Shown: one piece after another, positions 27,587-39,400 of the stretch
Layout of the letters: each line of letters begins with the position of its first letter
Numbering within the stretch: position 1 is the first letter of the stretch
Assembly (NCBI RefSeq): GCF_029227915.1
Contig: NC_079879.1
Location: 12,196,720 to 12,260,719 of the forward strand
Length of the DNA stretch: 64,000 nt
Direction of reading: 5' to 3'
Origin: Hydractinia symbiolongicarpus
Lineage: Eukaryota
Notes under the pieces: generated by a model
Database searches by the model: none
The model's input: only the letters and a program-made list of their open reading frames with translations
What the model was told of the DNA's origin: nothing
Position numbers and translations under genes: made by a program

Positions 27587-28139
27587 TTATTACAGCTCCT
27601 TTAACCTAGGAAACATAACTGATTTTGAATTTGATACGAAAAATATAATGATATAATGATTCTTGAAAGAAACTTTTACTTCCTAATGAAATTAAAATAT
27701 TTAATTCTTTTCAACTGACTTTATAGCCATTTGATTTTGTCAGGCCAGGAAATTATGGTGGGGAAGGATGTTCATTTAACCGAATTTAACCGAGGGTTCA
27801 CTAGGGTACGGTTCATTGAAACCATTTCGTTGTTAGGATAACAATGGGGTAACAATGTACAAACAGGGTAACAATTACTGAAAATACAGTAGAAAATTTC
27901 TGTAGAAAATGACTGACACAAGTAAATCCTAAAAAAATATTCATAAAATGGTTAAATTTTATTGATTTTTTTTTTTTTTTTGCTTTAGCCTTATATTATA
28001 GCATAATTATTTTTATTTATTTTTATTAAGTCCAGTGTTAATCCGTTGCTATTTTTGTTCTTTAGAGTGACAAATATAATTAGCTTGTGCTTCATTCTAT
28101 TAGGTAAGTGACAAAGAGAGATCATACTGGTAAGCGTTC

Positions 28140-28500
28140 TATTTATTTACATCATAATCATCATCATCATTCTCGGCTTAACGTCCGTTTTCCATGCTAG
28201 CATGGGTTGGATGGGGTATATTAAAGACCCTCTTCCAATCTGATCTAGACTGTGTTAGATCTAAACTCAACTTCCTCTGTATAAGTCTGTCCTTATAACC
28301 TCCTTCCAAGTCTTTCTCGGTCTGCCTCTGGGCTTTGCCCCAGGAACTATCACGTCTCTACACTTTTTTACCCAATTATCCCCCTCCATTCTTTCAAAGT
28401 GCCCCAGCCAATTCAATCTTCTTATCTGGATAACATCTTTAATTCTATGGATACTTAGCCTGCTTCTTAGCTCATCTGAACTCTTTCTGTCTCTCTTACA
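28140..28500 (-). mobile_element. 5'-truncated LINE 3' end, same family as 21240-21600, lying in the PARP4-like 3' flank or intron
   Basis: Collinear match 'catcatcatcattctcggcttaacgtccgttttccatgctagcatgggttgga...' vs 21240 'catcattcatcatcattttcagcttaacatatgttcttcatgctcatatgggttgga...'. An (ATG)n-like tail sits at the minus-strand 3' end. Confidence 0.45.
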
Positions 28501-28566
28501 AATAGAGAAAAATTATTTCAATTTTTTACACAAAATAAAATTTTAATCTGACCTCCACCTTATCCA

Positions 28567-28790
28567 TTAGATTATTTTTTTCTTCTACCAAAAATGATGC
28601 ATCCAGATCTTCACAATTATCATCTACCAAAAATGATGCATCCCTATCTTCAGAATTATCATCCCAGTCAACAGAACCATAAGAGACACTATCAGAGTCA
28701 GAGTCACTAACTGGGACAGAGCCACAAAATTGATAATAATTTCCTTCTTTTTCTTCTTCTTCTTCAACCTATTAAAAAATTTAGATAAAA
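28567..28790 (-). CDS. Unassigned acidic candidate exon (VEEEEEKEGNYYQFCGSVPVSDSDSDSVSYGSVDWDDNSEDRDASFLVDDNCEDLDASFLVEEKNNLMDK) with an internal ~36-nt tandem repeat
   Basis: An open frame is flanked by an ag|GTTGAAG acceptor and a GATAAG|gtggag donor, both phase 0. I cannot tell whether it belongs to the PARP4-like 3' end, the actin-like gene, or the polyproline gene. Confidence 0.25.
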
Positions 28791-29771
28791 CTAAAAATGC
28801 ATGCCTCAAATGCTGATCGAAAAATTAAACGTGACAATGTCAACAACATTAATTTAAGGTAGGAGTAACCCTTTTTAGCTGTTCAACAATCTGTTGTTAT
28901 CTATACAAATTTCCTTTGTTATTTCCCGAAAATTTAGTCCTTTGGGCACAGAAACAATTTTGTTTAATTTTTTAATTTGCTGCATCAGCAAATATAGTCA
29001 GTTATAGACATACAACATAAAAAGAAAAGAAATAGCTTTTACGACTTCCAAAGTTTTACGGAAAACTTTTATATTTTAAAAATTTTTTACAATAGCCTTT
29101 TGTTTGTTTTGAAAGAAATCTCATCAGCATACTGCATCTAGGTGCTGTCAAAAGACAATATTTAAAATCAAAAAAAATTTCCACACACCTTTTTAAAGCT
29201 GTATGATTTAAAAAGCTTGTGTTAAAATTTTAAAGAGAAACGAAAATGCTATCAGCGTTTTCAGAGTTTATTGTTACTTAATGCACCATCTTTGCTGTTA
29301 ATAATGTTTCTCTTTATTAATTAATTCATTCATAATTTCTCAAGTGTGTAGCTCTAAAGCTATATTTGACAGAATTAATTAGTTATTTACAGCCGAGAAT
29401 GATGAATGATGATGATGATGACAGAATTGTTGAAGCTAAATATTTTTTATGAAAGATAAGTATTACAGCTATAAACTTATGAAAAGTGTGTGATAACAGA
29501 AAAAATATGGATATATAGTCTGAAAATAACCTTTTGTAACTAATTACGTGAAAAAATATTTCTGATTTTTAAAAGGGTTACCGCCACCTTAATGTTAATA
29601 CCTTAATTCAAATTAACAATTACAATGTACTTTTAGCTTTGAGACCAAATAACTTGAAAATTAGTGGAAAAAACATACGTCATCTACTGCATGGTTAACT
29701 AGAGACAACCTGAGACTACAACTAGGCCAATTTTCTAAACCTTGGTACTCCAGTCTGTTTAAAAAAGGACA

Positions 29772-30016
29772 GGTTGATGACGTCATCAGAAGATGTTCAA
29801 ACTCCAATACCTTTGTAACCGTTCGTCAAAAGTACACAATCCTACACATTTTTTAGCAGCGTTTCAAACTCTACACATAGGAGCAACGGTTCTAAATATG
29901 CTAAGGCATATTTTGCTCCCACATGTGCATTATTTTGTACTTAAGAGCTGCTCTGGAGTTCAGGGACAAAGTAAAATTTACTTTATTTTTCACCAATGAT
30001 GTTTAGTGACATCATA
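29772..30016. mobile_element. MITE-like element (homolog of 11133-11300) with termini containing the CRE-like palindrome TGATGACGTCATCA
   Basis: Left end is 'gttgatgacgtcatcag' and right end is 'tagtgacatcat'. Internal similarity to the 11.1-kb copy. Confidence 0.4.
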
Positions 30017-30232
30017 TCTATAGCATGTTGAAGGATTTTTGTGTTTAATTTGATTGTTTAACTTAATTTCAACTAATTTGTATGATATTTTTCACTGTGT
30101 GATAACTACTACATATAATAAGTCCATAAATTTTGATAACATATTTGATAGACAATTTTCTTTGTTTGCCTCGTTCTATACACTTGTACAAGCATCAAGT
30201 TTGTATAGGTGAAAATATAACAGTATTTTTAA

Positions 30233-30409
30233 TTAACTCACAATTTCTGACTCGACTTCGAATGCCATGTAGGATAAGATATCTATGTTTTCCATCGCAA
30301 CAAGTTCATCTATTGTTGGTGCTGTGTCATCTTTACTTTCAACCCTCTGAATAAAAAAACTACCTTCTTCATCTTGTTCGAAAATGAATCTACTAGAATA
30401 CTCTAAATG
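30233..30409 (-). CDS. PARP4: PARP4-like terminal coding exon (HLEYSSRFIFEQDEEGSFFIQRVESKDDTAPTIDELVAMENIDILSYMAFEVESEIVS*)
   Basis: A NAGNAG-type acceptor ttagag|CAT is required to stay in frame. The continuous ORF ends at TAA, the complement of 30233-30235. An alternative GAAATT|gtgagt donor at 30242 could extend the CDS. Confidence 0.5.
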   Translation of the reverse strand, partial: HLEYSSRFIFEQDEEGSFFIQRVESKDDTAPTIDELVAMENIDILSYMAFEVESEIVS

Positions 30410-33400
30410 CTCTAATAAACATTTCAGGTGTTTATTTAATTTCCAAGATTTTTAGGGTTGTTTATTGAAGGTTAGTATTAAATAGACACTGGGTGTTTAT
30501 TAAAAAAAATAAGAAATTTGAATATTTATTTTTGGACGTTTATTAAAAATAGGAAATCCAAATATTCATTTTAAATATCTTAGGCATTCTCATCACAACT
30601 TCAAATTAATAATTCCTTGAGGGAAACTCTAATAAACTAAGAGGAAGGGCACGTTTAGGGACAGGTGTTGATTAGAGCATTATTATTATAAGAATTGTTA
30701 CATCTAATAACGTATACCTCTCTTTCTTCGATGGCTACAAAGCTTGTAAATTTAGTTACAATTGAGAATTCAATACTCATATCAATAATTTGCTTTTTCA
30801 TTTGCTGTTTTATCATCTAAATATATTTAAGGGAAATATAATTGTGATAAAATTTGAATGCTTGGATAAATGTTTTTAATATTTTTGAAAATAAGAAAGC
30901 AAAAAAAAGACTCCATTTTTTGTTTTTAATTTGTATATTTCTAATAATTTTATTTTTGCTGAATTTTAAGAAAGCTTTTTTTCCTTTTTTAAATATAAAA
31001 TTATATTTAAAATGATAATACTTGTTCACTATAAAACCAAAATTGGGATTTTATCATCGAAAAAAGAAAAAGGAAAGAAAATGCAGGATTTTAGGGGGAA
31101 AAAATATAACACACCTCATGTTGTATTTGGTCCTCATTCAACATTCCATTTTCCCAATCTTCAATAACTGCCTTGGCAGCAAGACGATGTATAGACTAAA
31201 ACAATAGTTTATTTATGTTTTTGTATTCAGCATGCATATTTTACTAGAATTGCTCCAATTTTAGTAATAAATTAAAGTAAACATTTTACCAAGCCAGTTA
31301 ATGTGCTTAGTTCAGATGTAGAGACAAGCGTGGACATTTGCTTTCCATTTACAGAAGCTGTTAATGTTGCCTAAACAATGTAAATTTAGAATAACAGTCA
31401 AACCTTATTTTTTTTTTAAGTTTTAAATAGTAGTTGACAAACAACATACCATAGTGCAATGTGGGACAAAGCCATACACTACCAATCGCGAGCCATTAAA
31501 CAATGCTGTAATTTTATTCGGTGCCTAAAAAAGATTAATCCGTACCAGAACCTTTGTTAACGCAACAGAACCTCTTTTTCGAAGATTAACATCTATTTGA
31601 AAATTGTTCAAGGTGGTCTTTACAGATTATAAAACAGTTTCTCACACCTGTAAAGGTTTTGGAGCATCATAATCATTTTGTACCCAATGAACTTTAACAT
31701 CTGTCAGAACAGGTTGTTGAGACTTCTCGATTTGCATTTTCACCTACAAAATGTAATACATAAGCATTATAAAACTCGTGGACATGGTTTGAATTTATAT
31801 GGTTATTAAATGGAGCTGATGAAAATTCCATTTTAAACATTTATTAATTTACATACTTTTTTCTCCCATTTCGATTTAAAACTATTATCAAAATATTCAA
31901 ACCAACCACTTCCAAGGTCTGCAATTCTTCTTAACACATGTTTATTAACTGTTGAACTAAAAGAGTAATGTTAATGAGAACAATGATTTTATTTATTAGT
32001 AGTATCCAGAACAGAAAGAAAACCAATATTGCACTGACCTTAGTCCAAACGTAAACATCCGGATGTTCTTGTTGTTGCTTTTTATTGATGCTAGTGTTGT
32101 TTCTTCATCTGATATATGTCCATCAGAAAACAAAAACACATTCTTAGGTGACAGTTCTGATCCTAAATGCTGCAGTATAGATAATGGTTTCCAAAGGTGT
32201 GTTCCTCCAAGCGATGGTTTCAAAACCTTAACAAGAAAACCATCTATTTTAACACTCTTCCCAAATATAATGTACATATTTTTAGGAAGGATGCAAGGAA
32301 AATGCTTAAGTGAAGACAAACTAATAAACAATCACTTTCAAAAAGAAGTTAAATTAGAATCGTAATTTTAAGGACTACATATAAAATCTTAAAACTGCAA
32401 GTGGTGGAGAACCTGCAACCCATAAAATAGTAATTCAAAAAAAAAGATGTTTTAAAACATACATTGCATAAAAAAACTTTTTGAATTTCGTTTTGCAATT
32501 TTTTAACTCCCAGAGAAAATATTGCAACGAAATATCTTACAAAAAACTTTTCTAGCTTTGCGTTGCTTTAAAAATTTGACAACACTGGTAAATAAAAAAA
32601 ATCATTGCATGGGAAATGATTAACTCAATACATTGATCTGTACATGGACAATTCAATAACACAATTATGGTTTGCTTTGTACACTGTTCTTTAGTCGTAG
32701 TTTTGAATAATAGTTTAACATAAAAAGTGCTCACCTTTAAGAAAGATAATACAGACTTGTGAGTTTTTTGGGTTTTTGATTTAGGAGCTAAAAACAACTC
32801 TTGCTGTTCTAAAAGTAATACAAAATGTCTGTAACCCTGTTTTACTTACTGTATGGATAGACAAAACTATGAATAAATTAAAACAACATACTTTCACCAA
32901 ACTTGACGATATTAAAAATGGTTCCTTCTGGTAGATTAGTATAAGTTAGATAAACAAGTTTTTGCAGTTCTTTCTCAAGACCCTTAAAATAATAGGACAT
33001 GTTTATTCAATTTTAGACAAACATAAAAATTCTAATAAATTAACCTAAATCAGTATAATTTTGATCGCCTTTTTTTAATTTAAGAAAAGTGTCATGCAAA
33101 TGATAAAAAACAATAGCTTAAAAAATGAGCAGAATAAAAAATCAAGCAAGGAACTTCTAAACTTTACCTTCATTGAGTTAGACAAATCAATCAAAAACAC
33201 AACATCCAACACATCTGTTGACTCACTTTCGAATTCAGGGAAAAATGTCAACATGCAGGCCTTAAAATATAACAGAAATGAAAATAAATACAAAAGCATA
33301 ATTTTAAGACAAATAGAGCCTCATTTTGATCTTGCCTGTGTAGATGCCAGAATATGAAGTTTTTATTTTATTTAGTCACCAATGCGCACTTCTCTTCTAT

Positions 33401-36400
33401 TCAGTCAAACAGACGTGTGACTCAAAGCCTTTGACAATAAAGTTTTACTTTAACCTTTTATATTTTAAATATTTTAAATAAATTGTAATTATTTTTAATG
33501 AATAAATATATTTATATATAAAAAAATAGAGCCCCATAAAATTATTAAAGTACCTTTTATTAGATATTAAAAACATACTTGTTTGTTTGAATCAGTAGGA
33601 TGACGTTGAGCAATCATTCGAGGGACATGAATTTCAGCAAGATCGATTAACAATTGAAATGAGTCACCAAGTGCTTTATCCATAAGATGAACAACAGATT
33701 TTGTAGCAGTTTTCTAAAAAAGTAAATAATGTTCTACTTAAAAAATAAAGTAAATGAAGAAGCCACATATTTTTTACCAAAATATTACTTACCTTAATTT
33801 TTACTGAATGTGTGGGCGAGAAAATTTTTCTGATCTCATACGGCATATCCACGGATAACTGCAGTGAGAATTCTCTAAATCACATTTTGAAGTGCAAACA
33901 TGTAGTGAGTAAATAAAGTTGACAATGCTTGTTAATAAAATGTGTATACAAATATACATCACTGACACACCTTTTTTAACTTGCATTGTTGTTTAAGAAA
34001 GGGAATGGTGTAAAGCAGTTCTTAATACAGTACTTAATTAAAAGGAGTGCTCATTAAAACTACTTTCTATTGTAGACATTAGAAAAGGACACGTACTTAA
34101 GGGCATTCTAGCTGAAGAATGGGGTGATATAGGGGGGTTTATTTGATAAATTCACAATAATAAAAAATTAATGTGTGATACCCCAGTGCTTTATCGTCAT
34201 CAACATTAACTGTAGCAACATCATCCTAAAAAAATAGGTATAAATAGGATTGTTGGTCTCTTTTGAGGTACAAATAAAACCCAATACATATGTCACCAAA
34301 ATCTTACTTGAATTTGAGTAGCCAAAGCAGTTTTCTTGGTCCATGGTGCAACACATCTAGGCAGCACGAAACTAATTTGTTCTCCTTCTAACTGAAGTTC
34401 TGCTACGTATGTAATTTTTATTAAGACGTCAGCATGCGGTGGGAGATTCCCAACACTTACAGTGAAAACATCCTGCAGAGACCAATCATAAAATAATGTT
34501 TTTTCTTTTAAAAATATAGTACGAGATTCTGATCTTAGATTCATTTTGACTAAATAGGTAACTTAATACCGTATTGTTACATAATACAACAAAAAATGGT
34601 AAAAATCCTGATAAATATCTTACAGCCTGTTCTTCTTGTTCTTCCATAAGATAAGCACCATGACCTTTGCTGATGGCTTCCTTGTATTCTTTTCGTGCTT
34701 GTTCTTTTTCTTTTACGTGACCGATTATGTGTTTACCATTAATAAACGCTTCAAAACCACACACTACAGGATAAAACAATAAGTTAAAACATCCATTAAT
34801 TAATACGCAAATAAAAACACTGTTTTAATTATTATTTTTTAAAATTGGAAAATTTTTTAAAACAATTTTTTTAATTACACATACCTGCTGCCATACTGTC
34901 TAAAGGAAACACATATTTCGCTTCGATAGCTACGGTACTTTCATTGGTGTAAGCTTGAAGAACCACAACCTTCAAGAATGATATTGGTTTCATAATATGT
35001 TAACAAAAAATAAATGTTAATGCAGCAAAGTCTGAAGTCATAATTAGTAGCATTGAAGCTAAGTGTAACCTTGTAATGTATAAGTGGCCTTGTGAAGTGT
35101 GCAGGAAAGGGGTTGGTAGTAACTCAATTTTTTGTCAGACTTGTAAGCATTGGGTACATAGAAGTGCAGTAGTAGAGAAAGGTTAGCAGTTGACATTCAG
35201 TTTATATGCAAACATTGCAAAGGTGAGATTATAGAAAAAGTCGTATTTTCAGCTTTAATAGTGTACAACGGTGGCTCATTGTTATGCTTCTGTTATTTAG
35301 ATGGTATGTTCCCTAAGTAGATAGGTAGTGAAGGGGGTGTTATAAGAAGTGTTATTTGCTGGACAGATTTTGCTTTGAAATAATGTGATTTTGTTACAAC
35401 AAAAATTTCCTTTGTAGATAATATTTCATACCTCAGAAGCTAAGTCTTGTAACTTTGCTCTAACATGAACTGCAGTCAGAGGTATTTTTGAATCACCTGT
35501 ACTTTGCAAACCAGCAGCAACTTTGTTTAAAGGATTCTCAACATTTTGAACATCATCCAAATTGAAATCTATTATATAATCTATATTATAATACCCGTAT
35601 ACGTCTGTCTGTCACGCAAAATGGTACCGCAAGCAGTGAGACGCACACAATGCAGTATAAAAAAACGGGCTAACCCTTGGATTTTTCCATGGGCCATAGA
35701 CTAGTATGTAAAGTTTCTGTTGAAACAACATAACAGGTCTGTATTGATTGTTTACAGTTAGATGTTTCACTACCCTTTCTGGATTTCTTCCAATATGACC
35801 TTTACCACCCAACACATCATAAAAACTAAAAAAACTTTGTTGTCTCTAATCTTATCTTTGCAACACACAGCTGTTGGCAACTCTTAACCTTCCGCAATAC
35901 CTAGTGGTAGTGTTATCAATGAGAATCTTGCAAAGGGGGGTCTAGAGCATTTAAAGCTTCCATTTGAGCTACAGAAGGTGTGTAAGTACAACAACCACTC
36001 TGCTATACCACTGCCCAAGATATCAATCTTATTCTCATGTTTATGTTTACGAGAACAGTGATTCACACTTTTATAATCTGTAGCATGACTCAGTCGAAAT
36101 TGAACTCACACCCTTTTGCACTGGAGGAGGCAATCAGTCGGCAAAGAGTCAGACGAAAAATTGAGTTGTTACCAATCACTTTCCTGCAAACTCCATATGG
36201 CTGCAGTCCAACTATAAGATCAAACTTTGCTTCAATGCTGCTAATCATGGCTTTAGAGACTCTGCTACATTCACTCTTAACCTTTTTCTTTTAAGCATTT
36301 CTTCTACTTCTCAAGCTTTTTAACTAATTCTGCCATTGATTCTGCTACGGAAACTAAATCATCTGCCTGCAATAAACTCAATGGATACTCTGTTCTGAAC

Positions 36401-39400
36401 TCCATCAACAAACCACAAAGGATTGATTACAGAACCCTGATTTACACCAACTGTTATTATGCTAAATTCATTCAGCACTGAAGTATTACACTTGTGGGAC
36501 AAAATGTGTTATGCAAACACAACCTGTTATCTAGTTTTTTGAATTCACAACTCTCTCAAGAGATTCCAATGAAGAACTTGAAGCATAGTCCCTCAAGGTA
36601 CATTCACATGAAGTATGGAATAAAACAGTCCATAAATTTAGTTTTAAAAACTTCTCCTAATAAACTACAAAACTGCAGCAAAGAACCTCAAAGGAGAGTG
36701 AAACCTTGGCAAACACTCCTTGGAAGAGATTAAATTATTAAGCAAAGGAGTAGGCAGAGAACAAAACTAATAGGCTGGATAATAAAAATAACACACTGCC
36801 TTTACACAAAATATTAGTTTTGGACATACATGATTTTCACATCGACAAATTCTTCTTATGCCTGTGCTGAACAGCCGAAGTTTAAATCTGACCCTGCTTT
36901 TTAACAAAATTTAATATGTTACTCGTATTATTCAACTATGGAATGTTTTAATACACCTGCCATAACTAGATAGCCACTAAAGCTAAACCGATTGGGGTTT
37001 TGTTTATCTTTTACACTAACTGATTAACTAAATGTGATACAAATGCAAATATATTTTGTTAAAAGGGCAATGACAGATAGAATTGGTGCATAAAACTAGC
37101 ATAAACAAATTATATCAACCACTGTTTATTATTTACCTTCTTCTGACTGTTCCATGTCCGATTCGATACCTTCATCTTCAGATAGTTCAGGATTAAACTT
37201 ATGTACAAGAAGGGTGTCTTTTGGCGTTTTAAATTCAACAATATGCCTAAAGTAAAAATTAATACATTTTAACAGTAGATTTACATAGGTGGTGTATGCA
37301 TTAAATTTAAAAATATAACACTTACGTAACTTGCAGCCTTGAAACATCATAAATACAATATTCATCATCCTGTATAACAAAAAAAGGTTGCACTGATATT
37401 CTTAAACTTCAGAGAATTTAGTAACTAAGGGATGTTTATTGGTTTTGATTATGTACTATGACACATAAAAAGTGAGGTCAACTCCTTAAAACAGGCCTTT
37501 GTTTTTACAGTAAAGGATTAAAACTAGTTAGTTTTTTGCCCCATTGCCTGGTCTGTAAAATAATCGCTCTATGTGAAGTTGTAATAAAGCATAGTTTTGT
37601 TAATTTTTTTTGAAGAAGTATTGACATTGAAATGAAAGTATTGATAAATTTTTCAGTCAGTACAGGCAGATAACTTTTTATATTTTTAAACTTCTCTACG
37701 TATGAATAGTTAAGTTGAAAATTAATGTCTCTATTATAATAGCCGTATTCCGTCTGTCTGTCTCTGCGCGGAACCCCCGCTGAGTTAGAAAATTATGTTA
37801 CGGAAACACGAATATCAAATGCGATATATTTTTATTGACTTTGTTTTGACCGCTCGCGCGTGGAACACCATTCACAACGCCTGATTCTTTAAAAAAAAAC
37901 CAAGATTTTCGCGACCAGAAAGAATCCAAGATCTTCGCGGAACGAAGGCCATTTTGATAATGGTCGTGTTTGTGGTCAGTGTGTGAGGTTTGTAGGCCTG
38001 TTTGACTTTTTTATCTTCTAAAAGCCTTATATATTTGTAATATTTGTTTTCTGTTTGTTTTCAATGTTAGGATAAATATATTGTCACGTTTTTTAGCCAC
38101 GTACAGATCTAAACGCACCAGTTTTAGGATGTTTGGCTAGGAACGAAGATTAGCTAGCTATAGCTACTAGCTAGCTAGAGCCCCACTTATTGCTATTATG
38201 TATGGTATAAGAGCTTTTTATCCTAGCCAACATTTATTTTTATGTTGAGGCTGTGGCTATTTAGCTAGCTCCTTAAAAAGTGAAAGTATAAAAATGCAGT
38301 TTGGCTACAACAATATTCTTAAGCAATATATAATTTTTATGCTAAATGCAGTTAGCTAGCTAGGTATAGCTACATATTTTATAATTTTTCTGCAAACTTT
38401 TTCTGCAAATGAAATGGCTGAGCGATTGTTTTGGCTGGACGAGTAACGACAGGCTGTTCCCTGTGTTTTTATTTAAACCGAAGTTGCAATGAACATTTTT
38501 GGAAAAGGGTAATACGCCTTATGCGCCTGTTCAATTGTGTTTAACTGTACTAAGCGGTTAGCCCAGTGTTAAAAACAGACTGTTTTTTGTAAAAGGCTGT
38601 TACGCCTATGGGCATGTGCAACACCGTTTACCTGTATATACTAAGGTCAGCCCACCACTGTGACAATTAATTTTTAAACTTTCTTGGGAATCACGCCTGG
38701 ACTAACCGCTCAGCCCTGTGTCTGCGAGAAAGTTTTTTTCAAAAGGGTATTATTCCTATACGCTGTGCAACACGGTTTAACTGTACTAAGCGCTCAGCCC
38801 AGTGTCACGATTAATTTTTTAACTTGCTCAAAAAGTTATTCTGCAAAATGAAATAAAATTGACGATTGTTTTTGCTATGATGGAGTAACAACACTTTGTA
38901 AACTCTGTTTTTATATCAGTTATCGTTGCGGGAAAGTTATTTTTTGAAAAATATGTTACAGTCGCACACTATAATGGTGTATGCGCTTCAAAAGATTAAC
39001 GACATACTGTATACCTGTACTAAAGCGCTCCACCTGATCGTGTGGGACAGTTTACGGCTCTTATTAAGCGCTCCACAGAGTGTTCAATGCCGGATCACAC
39101 CTTTACTTGTGGCTTAACCCAGCGTTTCGACGCCGGGTTTCCCGGCTATCTCTTTAATAATAGCCGTATTCCGTCTGTCTGTCTCTGCGCAACATGGCGG
39201 AGCAAGTAGCGAGACCCGTCGAAAATCCCCGCGGCCCTGCAGCTTTACTTCGAATCCCCGGCAGACCCCGTTGTTTTACCGGCCTTGCTTTGCCGCTCAT
39301 TGTAATAAACCAATCACGAGGCTCTATTTTCACTAATGACCAATCCAAGTGCTTCGCGGCCTCAACATGCCGACAGGAGGAAACATGCTACCCCTACGAA

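Noticed and set aside
24009-27604. Actin-like exons A1-A3 spliced in frame to polyproline exon P1, giving an actin-FH1 chimeric ORF.
   Set aside because: My first pass dropped a base (ggggtatTactcac). With the correct sequence A3 ends in phase 2, while P1 needs phase 1, and joining them gives an immediate stop (AGC CAA TAC CAA ACT ACC ACC TGA). Whether they share a transcript through other exons remains open.
30242-30242. A definitive statement that the PARP4-like CDS continues past 30233 through the GAAATT|gtgagt donor.
   Set aside because: The in-frame TAA 9 nt downstream gives a complete ORF with no splice. The extension to the acidic exon is only phase-compatible, which has a one-in-three chance. 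I keep it as a low-confidence alternative.
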